In this document: piece after piece, positions 53,048 to 64,000 of the stretch | Numbering within the stretch: position 1 is the stretch's first letter | Layout of the letters: every line of letters begins with the position of its first letter | Assembly (NCBI GenBank): GCA_963693365.1 | Contig: CAVNZM010000015.1 | Span: 4,037,502-4,101,501, forward strand | Origin: Amoebidium appalachense | Taxonomy: Eukaryota > Protista > Ichthyosporea | DNA: 64,000 nucleotides | Reading direction: 5' to 3' | Notes under the pieces: model-generated | What the model saw: the letters and a program-made list of their open reading frames with translations, nothing else | What the model was told of the DNA's origin: nothing | The model's database searches: none | Position numbers and translations under genes: made by a program

Positions 53048-54538
53048 GCCTGAGGGACGTTGTGTGCATTTAGCTACTTCCCTCTCTTGACACCTCAGCC
53101 CCATTGATCCCTTCCGAACTCTCACGCTCCCCCCTGCCCCTTCTGATAAAACACTCTGCTTTTCAACTCCTTTCCCAGTGATGCCTGTGTCGATTTCTCT
53201 TCTCTCCTTCTTTTCTAACTACATTATTTGCAAGAAAATAGCGGATGTTCACACCCAGAGCCACTCTGTTACCGTAAAAAATTCGGAAAGTCAAGTCAAA
53301 ACATTCGCGGGCTGCTGCCGAAGAAATGAAATGGAACAATGCTGAATGTGACATCATCGGCGGTTAGCAACTTATGTTTTAACATGTAGTATTGCGGTGG
53401 CACATTAAGGAAAACTAAAATCGAGTAACTACACCGTAATTTCATTCAGTTAACTACTTCAAGTCAATTCTTTCTTTTACTCTGATTAACTTAGTTACCA
53501 TCAAAAGTCATTAGTATAATCTTCTGAATCAGTCACAAGTTCTTAAAGATATCCGCCTTGGCTCCAAATTCACTCGTTAAAGTTACACCAGTACCGTCAC
53601 TACGCGGTGCTGAGTGAAGTTCCGCTGTGCTACTTTAGGGGCCCTAACTAGTTGCCTCAGAATAATATCTATGATGTTTAGATCCTAACATGTATATGCT
53701 TCGCCACGCCGCCCTAGTTACCGGAGAAAACACCCGTTGCAACTCTAGTCGTGACCCTCAAACCCGGCCCTTAGGTCTCAGAAGTTCCTCGGTGCCACTG
53801 CCAAGTCTCATAAAGTTTCGCCCGACTTTGAAGGTTCACTACAACGTAACTTCCGCCGCAACACATTGTTTTGTAGTTCTATTGGAGTAACACCCCCTCC
53901 CCCCTCACCCCCCCCCCCCCCCCCCCCCCCTCCCCCTCCTTTCCCCCCTGTTGGGCCAGCTGTTCTTATCTTAAAAAACCCCTCCACCAGAGATTCAGTT
54001 TTCAGCGCCAGGCCGCCCCACTACTGTATGAGTGTGTTAGTATACAGCCGCCTCCCTCAACCAAAGTTTCAAGAGCCGGCACCGGCATCTGGTTTGAAAG
54101 ACAAACTTAGGGAAAACCTCATGCGTGCAGGAGAAAAAATGCTTTCGGAGACGCATAAACGCTCACCCAACACCTGGTGCGTGAACAACTAAAACCGGTA
54201 CTAAGTTTAACCCCTAGCACGACAACTTGTGACCACATGGGCACCGTGGTGTACTGTTAGGCCACACGGCATACAGATAGCCACGTGAGTCCCAGGTGCC
54301 TGACCACACACACTTATTCATCATGATCTTAAACTCAAATCCGGACCGCGCATTAACATGCAAGACAAGGGGCCCTTACAAATCCTTGATTTAATTTACA
54401 AGACTGATGCAAAGATTATTTAAGAGATCACCAATTTGCCATGATGCCATTCAATTCCTTCTTCTTTTTTTCCCCTTCCAGCCAGATTATGGTGATGGTA
54501 GTGGTGGTGGTATGTGTGAATGTAATGTGTGCATGTGG

Positions 54539-54606
<68 letters not shown>

Positions 54607-56877
54607 GTGTGTCCAGAGGCGGGGGGGGGGGGGGAAGGGGGGAGGGGGGCAGTATAGAATAATATTCAAGAAGGACTCCAAACAAGCCACTCGAGCAAAC
54701 CAGAAGCCCCTTGGGCCGCTGGTTTGGGAACAATCATAAATAACACAGCCGCCCGTGGCCTATTTTAAAAGCAGACGACGCCGTCTTTGACAAAGGGATA
54801 CTTAATAACTCTATAGCGGGGGATAGCAGCCAAGAAACCCAGCAGTCGCCTACACTTGCTACGGTGAAGAATACAAAAGTTCACTTCACAGAATCATTCA
54901 ACCACGACGTGAAAACAATCACCGTTATCAGTGACGATCATGAAAAGTGAATGGTTCCCAATCTTGCACATGTTTGCAAGCATCATGCAGACTCACCTCC
55001 TTAACGTTAGCTTCGTTCCCCGCCGTGTTTGTTGGTCCATCCGTACGGTAGCCGTCAGTTGAATAGGAAGACATGTTGATGACTTCCCAAGTTTTTGGCA
55101 GCCCCAGCCTAAATAAGGCCCGGAATTGATCTACGGAATTCTTTTAAGAAAAAAGGTCTTGCGTGACATGAGATCTGGCTTCGGGACTTTATGGACTCAG
55201 TGTTCGTAGCTTGCTATATAAAACATTCTGCGAAGTAGGCAGCTGCAGGCGGCTTGCTGAGTTCACTGATTGATTGACTGAGTGATACCAAGCCTTGTAC
55301 ATCTAACTTACGCCATAATACGCATTTCGGACAACTCAGCAGAGATGGTAACATTAGTAACATTAAAAAAAAACTGGTTTGGCAAAATTGAAAGTGAAGT
55401 ATATGGTGGTGACGTTGTAAAACCTCACTGAACCTGGTCAGTGAGGGAGTATTGCCTTTGCCGTTTGATCTGCCTGCCGAGTGAACTCTTTGAATCCAAA
55501 TCGATGTAAGTCTTAGAGTCAAAGTGAAGTGTCTCCGTCTCCTAGTACTACTAGTATAAATCCCAATGAAGTTTTGAAAGTTCTAAAACTTGCGCAACTG
55601 TTAGATGATACACAGTAAACTACAGACTTGTGAGACTGATGGCTGCCACTACAATCCTTGTCACAAATCTTCAGTTCCAAATTGAAAGGTCACGGCACTT
55701 CTGCAGCAAGTAGGCTACACGATGGAACAAAGACACACCAGCCGCTGAGAGCTGGTCGAATTATAAAGCCAGTCAAACTTGCAAAGTATTTTTCCTAGAT
55801 TTGAAAAACAAAAAGACACTGCGTTTGACTTGTCAATGAAACGACAGCCCAACCGTTCTGCAGCTGACTGTCAGTGAGCGCCGCACTTCGAAGTGAAGGA
55901 CGAAGATCACTATTACTTCAAATGAAAACTCTTAGCTCTACTGCCATCCAAACGACAGGTAGGTCAAGGGTATAAAGAACTATAGATGTACCACACATAC
56001 ACCATCAATAAACCATACTAACATTACTATAGTTATGAAGTTGAACAGCAAAAAATGAAAGCCGTGGAACAAACGGAAAAAGCTTTTGTGCATGGCTGCA
56101 TGCCCACGCTCGGAGATCCCGGGCCGGCGGCGAGTCGATCGTTTGAACTTCCACTGAATCGGTGCACCCAATCAGCACGTGCATGTAAAAATTCACATAT
56201 ATATATATATATATTTGTGAGAAAAAAATATAATATCGAGTTATTCATTTTTTTGCCTTACTCAATGATTTGTAGGGATATATTGTATTCATATATATAC
56301 TGTTGGTGTTTTCCGGCACCTTCTCAAGGCCCCATAGTTGGTGTTCGCCGCGGCGCGTGGCTGGCGCATGCGTCGGTAAATTGTTTCGTCATATCCACAC
56401 TACAAACTGAGATAAACCGCAGATACACTTGACAGGAGTAGTATGTTATACGAAAAAAAAAATTATACGAACTATTAAAAAGCAAGAATTTTTTTTTTTT
56501 TTGACTGGATTTATTCAAGAATTTAACCGCGCTAATGGATTCCCGTGATCAATATCCACGCTGTTTACTCCCGTGTATTATTCGATGGTGTGTTCCTGGG
56601 TAGGTGTTATTTGGATAGCTTGGATTAATCAGAAAGCCGCTGGTGCCACTTTTGTGCTGAACTTTTTAATCGCAAGCATGTTGATAGGTGTGAGTTTTTA
56701 TGTCGCGTTTTACCTCTTTCCCTACGGGTGTCTGCTACACTGGCTGGCAATGTGAACACTTTAGACTTTTTGTTGAATTCTGTTGGTCGTCACATTGAGT
56801 ATTTATTTGATTTTCACACAGTGTTCAGGTATCTCAGTATGCACTTGTTACTGGATAACACGTGAAGTTTTTGTCTT

Positions 56878-57318
56878 ATATATACTGACCGCCTCAACCA
56901 TATTGCCAAATATGGCACTCGCAAGTGTATAACACCTAAATACATATTACCTTCCTGTAGAACTGGTCTTTCTCTAGCTGATGGTATTATTGATCAATTA
57001 CCACGCTTTTACTGTACACGTGCTATACAGTGGAGATCTAATAAGTATAAGGTGGCATCATTTGCATGCCCAAACAACACACACACACACCAGTTTAACC
57101 GGTCATGTATCGCCAAATGTAGTTTGATAGACCACATAATACCGCAACACACACACGTCACATTCACAACAGACACCCAGAAAGATAGCCTACCTGTAAA
57201 TTACAACATCCTTGATTTTATACTAAACACGCGTAACTACGACCTGTTTATTAGATGTATTGATTGGCTTGAGAAACACATCACTACAAAATTATAGCGC
57301 ACGCGCACACACACACAC

Positions 57319-57369
<51 letters not shown>

Positions 57370-57401
57370 CCAGCTGATACCGAGTGTCCCGAGAGGAGCC
57401 C

Positions 57402-57446
<45 letters not shown>

Positions 57447-57745
57447 GGGGGAACCCCAACTAATTGATTTCTCCTTGTAGTCTTTATGGTGTCTCGTAGA
57501 GAAAGTAAACCCTGATATATAGTCACCACCCGACATCTATGTACGTGAGGGGGTTTACGCTGTTTACTCGAGGCAAAGAGAACCAGTCTCAGGTATGGGG
57601 GGGGGGGGGTTTGCTCGGAATATCCCCTCAGCGGTATATCATGATCACGTACATAGATGTCGGGTGGTGACTATATATCAGGGTTTACTTTCTCTACGAG
57701 ACACCATAAAGACTACAAGGAGAAATCAATTAGTTGGGGTTCCCC

Positions 57746-57800
<55 letters not shown>

Positions 57801-57833
57801 GGGCTCCCCCTCGGGACACTCGGTATCAGCTGG

Positions 57834-57888
<55 letters not shown>

Positions 57889-58652
57889 TGTGTGTGTGTG
57901 CGCGTGCGCTATAATTTTGTAGTGATGTGTTTCTCAAGCCAATCAATACATCTAATAAACAGGTCGTAGTTACGCGTGTTTAGTATAAAATCAAGGATGT
58001 TGTAATTTACAGGTAGGCTATCTTTCTGGGTGTCTGTTGTGAATGTGACGTGTGTGTGTTGCGGTATTATGTGGTCTATCAAACTACATTTGGCGATACA
58101 TGACCGGTTAAACTGGTGTGTGTGTGTGTTGTTTGGGCATGCAAATGATGCCACCTTATACTTATTAGATCTCCACTGTATAGCACGTGTACAGTAAAAG
58201 CGTGGTAATTGATCAATAATACCATCAGCTAGAGAAAGACCAGTTCTACAGGAAGGTAATATGTATTTAGGTGTTATACACTTGCGAGTGCCATATTTGG
58301 CAATATGGTTGAGGCGGTCAGTATATATAAAACGAGACATAAGGCTTAGTTTTTCAAGGTGTATGCTTTCATCGGGTCTAGTGTCGTGTGGTATCTTTTT
58401 CCATTTGTTATATTGCGTGATTATCTTGTGATTGTGTACATGTTTAATAAGTAAGTGGCAGTCCAAAGTCACACACACACTATTGCGGGGTTTATTTGTA
58501 TTTGTGCCCAGGGGAGAAGGGGAGAGAGAGGGGAGGAAAGAGGGGAATGTACGTGATCATGATATACCGCTGAGGGGATATTCCGAGCAAACCCCCCCCC
58601 CCCCATACCTGAGACTGGTTCTCTTTACCTCGAGTAAACAGCGTAAACCCCC
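56878..58652. mobile_element. Mutator-like non-autonomous element (TIRs ~57549-57653 and ~58547-58652) with an inverted duplication of its interior (56878-57548), the whole flanked by a 10-bp direct repeat TTTTTGTCTT
   Basis: TIRs GGGGGTTTACGCTGTTTACTCGAGG... / ...CCTCGAGTAAACAGCGTAAACCCCC. Direct repeat at 56868-56877 and 58653-58662. 56878-57548 is the reverse complement of 57645-58328. Confidence 0.78.
57747..58478 (-). mobile_element. 5'-truncated, poly(A)-tailed retro-sequence (probable non-LTR retrotransposon 3' end) inside the TIR element
   Basis: A 189-codon intronless open frame (58478-57909, Cys/His-containing) is followed by (CA)n, a short 3' UTR and a ~50-nt poly(A) (poly-T 57747-57796). 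A mirror copy lies at 56880-57445 (+). Confidence 0.5.
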
Positions 58653-60711
58653 TTTTTGTCTTCTCAGTATGCCGTGCATACTTGCATATCTTTCCGTCGA
58701 ATAAATCCAGTCACAAGAAAAAAGTTTCTAATCAGTACAACGCTCTGTCGCCACAAAATATTCCCCATATACTCAGCTCAGAGCGTTGCTCATCAGCACG
58801 ATTGGAATTTTCTTTTTTTTATACTGACTTTATTGATGTGCTCGTATGTTCGAAGGACACGAAAAAGAGATATCCGAGAGACGATTTTCGAGTCACTGAA
58901 ATGAGAAGTAGGCTCACTGGATTTTTTCTTCTTTTTTTTTTTAATGACTTTATTGGAATTTTCACGGATAGTTTCGGAATAGGCGACAGATCGGCAAGCC
59001 CGAAAAGCAGCTAAAAAAAAGGCAAGCAAAGACTTGACAACTCCATATTACTCCCTTCGCACAATTTGTCCAGACATATAGGCATACAATAACTGTCAAA
59101 TGAATTTGTTATACAGCGTTCTTGGGAAGAGTCACCACCAAGGCTCATGAGCACCAGGCGCGTGTGTACCAGCCGCAGCTGCATGTCTAAGGCGCGTGAG
59201 TCGATTCGTTCCAATGGTGATATATTTCAATTTCATCGGCATGTGCCTACATGAAAAACATGTATATTAACCTGTAATTTATTTGCAGCTGCTTCTTATA
59301 AGTTAATATACACACATTTACAAATTTGTATTTGTGATAAGGACCTTGTTACAATGTTGCAATGTATCAGGTTCTTGTTAGGTTGCGGGGTCCAATCGCT
59401 AAGTCGCTAACCGCATGGCGGCGTGATCAAATAAGATCACGCACCTCATCTGTGTACATGCCACATGGTACTGTAAGTACAGCTGCATACCTTCGGTCAC
59501 ACCGTGACCCGGAATCGTACCCCGCGGTCACCACAATCTGGCAGATAATAGAACCAATTGATGAGATATTTTAAACCGTATAGCTCCATTTGTATTCCGA
59601 CATTCATATCCTTACTTTATGTAGGAAAAAAGAGATTAAACACGCATCTAGGTAATTGCACATCGAATTCGAACCGGCTGTATTTTTTGTGTTATCATCT
59701 AGATCTGCAGCATCGTGGGAATTGAGCATCGACCTTGGGCACCATAACATTGATAGTACTAAACACAATAAAAAACCATTATCTGATGTAAAAATTAGTT
59801 TTTTCGGTGAGACATCCTAGCCTCAAACTTTGTGTTACATGTGGTTCGCTTCTATTTATTTATATACACATTAATATTCAGTACTGAAGGCATGCGCATA
59901 TACTATTCATCAAGTTGGGCGCCGTGACTGATTCTAGCTGAGCGATATGATTGGACATCTCTATGAGAAAGGTCACGCCATGCATGTTAAACCCCCATCA
60001 TTTCTGGGTGCATTCACAAAACAAGCAAAGACTAATATAACAATACAAAAGACAGTTTCCGCACACGATGTATATCTGCGTTATGTAAAGCATCTTAAGT
60101 TTGTTTTTAAGCCTCCTAAAAACTTGAAAAAAAGACTATTCATCCTTATACGACAGTACTAAAGAATACCAGAATTTTTGAAATTTTGTGACATAAAGCC
60201 GAGAAGGGGGTAATCAAGAAACTTAACCCATGGTGCAATACGGCCCGGAAAGTATTTGGCATGCCCACGCACAACAGTTGGGCACGCACACATGCCGACG
60301 CTCATGACCATAAGGAAAACAAATTCAAAACCAAAATAACCTGATATAACCGCCCTGACACAAACGTAAAAGAGACAAAACCTAATGTATGCTGTCGATT
60401 TTTTATTTTTGTTTGATGCTGATGAAGTCGAGGGTGCTCAGTGCCACAACGGTGCACATAATCGTCACAGCCTACTCTCCGGCGCAGGCTAGATCATAGA
60501 TATGGCACGCGTTACTACTGGATGGAGCTATACTACTTGTAGGTGTTCGACTTGATCACCAGCACGCGTGCCCAGCCTCCATGTGGTTATATCCCCCTTG
60601 ATCTAACTTATTTTTCTTGTTTTGGATATACACATAATCAGCATTTCTGTTATCCCAGCCTGGCTGGCAATCCAATACCCAAGCCCCCCTCCCTCCCCCC
60701 CCCTCCCCCCC

Positions 60712-60742
<31 letters not shown>

Positions 60743-60879
60743 CACACTCCCTCGAAGTCCCCTCCCCCCTCCCCCCCCCCCCCCCCCCTCCTCTCCCCCC
60801 CCCCCTCCCCCCTCCCCTCCTCCTCCTCGCTTGCATGGAAGTGCGTGGTGGTGGTTGTACGTCACAGACATTTACGTTG

Positions 60880-61292
60880 CTACTTCCCCGTATTGAGCAC
60901 AAACCATACGACCACGAGGGAGATCATCATCAGGAACACGGGTATCATCTTGATGAGGTCCTCGTAGGGCCCCTTCTGCCGCCAGTCTGAGAAAAAACAC
61001 ACCCTCAGACAGGGTTGGAATTATGCTGCAAAGAATTCTAAAACACACTCACAAGCGACATGATCACAGTCCGTAAAGGTAGTGAAGTCAACGTGCAAAG
61101 GTGCCGTTCAACAGTGTCACGTTAACGTTGTCAACGAGTCAAAGGCCTCTGCATAATTTAACACGCGAAATCACACTGTGAGACTCAGTCTACTATCTGA
61201 TTCGGAGTCAGTGAATACAGTTAAAAATCTCTGCCTCACTTGTCTAACTATGGGATGGGTGGGTCGCGGGTATTGCCGTGCCACGGGCCCAC

Positions 61293-61369
<77 letters not shown>

Positions 61370-61380
61370 GTATGTGTGTG

Positions 61381-61427
<47 letters not shown>

Positions 61428-61637
61428 ACGGTGTGTGTGACAGGGTGTGCGCGCGAGAGTGTGTGTGTGTGTCCATGCAAGGTGTCCGACACTATGAGAG
61501 TATGCGCCTAGGACGCCAGGTGCCGCGGCAGGGCATGACGACAGTGTGCGCATACGTGCCTTTCGCACGCCTGTCACGGTGTCTTTGTGTGCATGTGTTT
61601 GTATATATGTGTTTGGGGGGAGGGGAGGGAGGGCCTC

Positions 61638-61693
<56 letters not shown>

Positions 61694-62760
61694 GGGGAGG
61701 GAAGGGAGGGGGTTGTTGAACCTAGCAGTTCCACCTCAAACAGCAGCACCGAGTTGGCCGGTATGGGTCCCTGTGCCGAGTTGCCGTAGCCAAACTCGGG
61801 GCTGCACCGAAGAACGGCCTTTTCCCCTGTAAGCACCCAGAAAAGTTAATTTTTATAAAAGACTGAGCTGACCACAGGTGATTAAAATTAAATATACAGC
61901 AGTCGACATGAATCAGGTCGATGATCATGGATTATTATCAGGGTGGACTTAACAATCATAAGCAAAAGATGGAGACACGAAGACAGGAAAATATGGAGGG
62001 ATGGAGAGCCTGGCAGGAAAGCGGGCCAGCGTGCAGGGGGGGGGGGGGGGGGGAAGAATGCGTCACGGTGCGAAGTACACGTTCAAGACGAGTCCGGACA
62101 ACACGGAGCTGAAGTTGCAGAGCACCGTAAGAGCATGCAACACAAGCAAAGGGCCTCCATGATCACTTATCAGGGGGGGGGGGGGGAGGAGGGTAAGGCG
62201 GGGAAGGGGGGGGGCAAGTCAAAAGTAACGCAAGTCAAAACGGAGCGGCGGGGGGGGGGGGGGAAGGGGGGAGGGGTACAGGGCAGAAGGCATAGTATTA
62301 CCTTTGGTCATGGTTGCCACACCCTTGTCCCAGCCCAAAATGACCTGGCAAGGCCAGATTAGAAAAGAGTACAACACAAAGGCAAGAGGTAAACAGACAC
62401 TGCTTAGCAGTCCAAATAAGACGACTTCAGCACGATACATACAATACAATGGTTCAGAAGGCAAAATAAGGTCCAAAAACGTGCCTGACAACCCTCTTGG
62501 TTCGACCGTAACTTAGCAAGCCATGTCCAGTAAGTCTGCAACCCAGGGTTTCAAATTGGTGCATTGTCAAAAAAGAGAAGTTTCTGCACGTCAGGGTTGG
62601 CCGCATCGCCAAAAACCAATCGAAACATTGTCATGTGCTAGCCAGCAATGGTGGCACTGCCCGACCTTACCCACCTCCTGTGCGCCTATCTGAAACTCAA
62701 AAGGGGTGTTGCGTTTTCTTGAACTGTCGAATTCCTTGCCGTTCTCCAGAGTGCCAACAT
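60880..62760 (-). CDS. FKBP-type peptidyl-prolyl isomerase with C-terminal transmembrane anchor (FKBP11-like architecture); 5' exons unresolved or off-window
   Basis: Exons 62760-62675, 62344-62302, 61826-61722 and 60986-60880 give [113 protein letters not shown]. Confidence 0.9.
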
Positions 62761-63115
62761 CTGATGGGTACGGTGAGAAAAACATAAGTGTGCGGCTGCC
62801 ACATAACATTGTCTGTCGTGTCAGACATACCCGGAAAGCAAAGTAAACAGCCAATTACAGAACTTGTTAGTATGGGTATCAACCTGACATTGTTAAGTTG
62901 ACTCTAACATTGAAATCTGCTGTCGTTGGAGGGAGCGGACGGGCGGGCGGGCGGGGAGGAGGAAGGGGGGGGGGAGGGGGAGGAGGAGGAGGGGGGGAGG
63001 GGGGGGGGGGGGGGGGGGGGGGGGGCACGCAACATTCACAGAGGAAGGAGGATGGGCAGGTGCGTGGCCCGGGTGGTGGGTGGGTGGGTGGCAGTGGGGA
63101 GCAGGGGCCAGGGCG

Positions 63116-63171
<56 letters not shown>

Positions 63172-63900
63172 AGGATTGAGGGACTCCAAATCGTTAGTTT
63201 CAGAGAGTGGAAGTTTGTGTGCTACTGTCGCGCTTTTGGACCATGCTTACACAGTGTGTGTGGTATCACCGTATCAACCAGTATGAGTGCTCGTGCTTGC
63301 TTAGAAAGCAGCTGCAACGTGACTCGTGTAGTTATAGATCGAATGGCATGGCAATGAGGCGGATGATGGGTACATATGGGCAATAAGCCATGCCTCCTGT
63401 GTTAGCGATTTGCGAAGTGTTTATTATGTAACAGAGAAAATGGGTGGTGCTCCCAAAAACACAAGTGCTTGGGGGGGGGGGCGGGTGAGGGAGGAGGGGG
63501 AGGCTGGCTGGGGTCACGAGAAAACATAGGTTAACAGCTAATAATGAAAAGCTGCAGAACCGTAAACGCTGAGAGGAAAGGCCATTTGTGGAGAGGGGTT
63601 CACGAAGACACGAAAATATGTAAACAAACGAGTGCGTGAGGAAGAGGGAGGGGGGGCGGGGGGGAAAGAAAACTTCGGGGGCGGGGGGTGGGGAGGGGGG
63701 GGGGGGGGGGAAAGGGTTAAAAAGGAGAGAGCCTGAGAGACACAGAGAGGGTAAGAGACTCTAGAGAGAGATTCCCGGGGGCGGAAGGGGGGGGCGGGGG
63801 GGGAGGGGGAGGGGAGAGGGGAGGGAGGGGAGGGAGGGCGTGAAACGAATAGAAAGTAGGACACAGATAGAGCCTGAGAGGAAGCCTCAAGAAAGAGCCT

Positions 63901-63952
<52 letters not shown>

Positions 63953-64000
63953 AGAAAGAGAGAGCGAGAGAAAGTGACGGGAGAGAGAGAGAGCCAGAGA

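Noticed and set aside
53300-56800. Short ORFs in the microsatellite-poor region upstream of the bHLH-PAS gene
   Set aside because: No recognisable protein or exon chain. Treated as intergenic or regulatory DNA.
59655-59770. B-box-like GGTTCGAATTC on the minus strand suggesting a tRNA
   Set aside because: No cloverleaf could be built.

Overview
Eukaryotic genomic DNA, intron-rich and saturated with (GT/CA)n, (GA)n and poly-G/C tracts. Most entries in the ORF track are microsatellite artefacts. Splicing short exons by hand gives four well-supported genes and one tentative gene, all on the minus strand. (1) A 777-aa mucin-like type I membrane protein with a small-residue TM helix and a double-NPxY, integrin-beta/Sib-like tail (1088-4150). 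(2) A tentative unknown multi-exon gene (~6260-8460). (3) A ~30 kb, ~32-exon Rubicon orthologue (RUN, PI3K-binding segment, RH domain; 9790-39822) with a U12-type AT-AC intron, two GC-AG introns and microexons. (4) A bHLH-PAS-PAS transcription factor (43655-~53047). (5) A C-terminally membrane-anchored FKBP (3' part, 60880-62760). Mobile and repeated DNA includes a TTAA-flanked hairpin MITE, a 31-bp minisatellite, dispersed intronic repeats, and a Mutator-like composite (10-bp TSD, ~105-bp TIRs) carrying a poly(A)-tailed retro-fragment plus an inverted duplication. Many 3' splice sites are preceded by (CA)n instead of a pyrimidine tract, and many weak donors are followed by poly-C. The gene set suggests a holozoan, possibly a unicellular relative of animals, but host identity is inference only. 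All protein similarities are recalled by eye, not searched.
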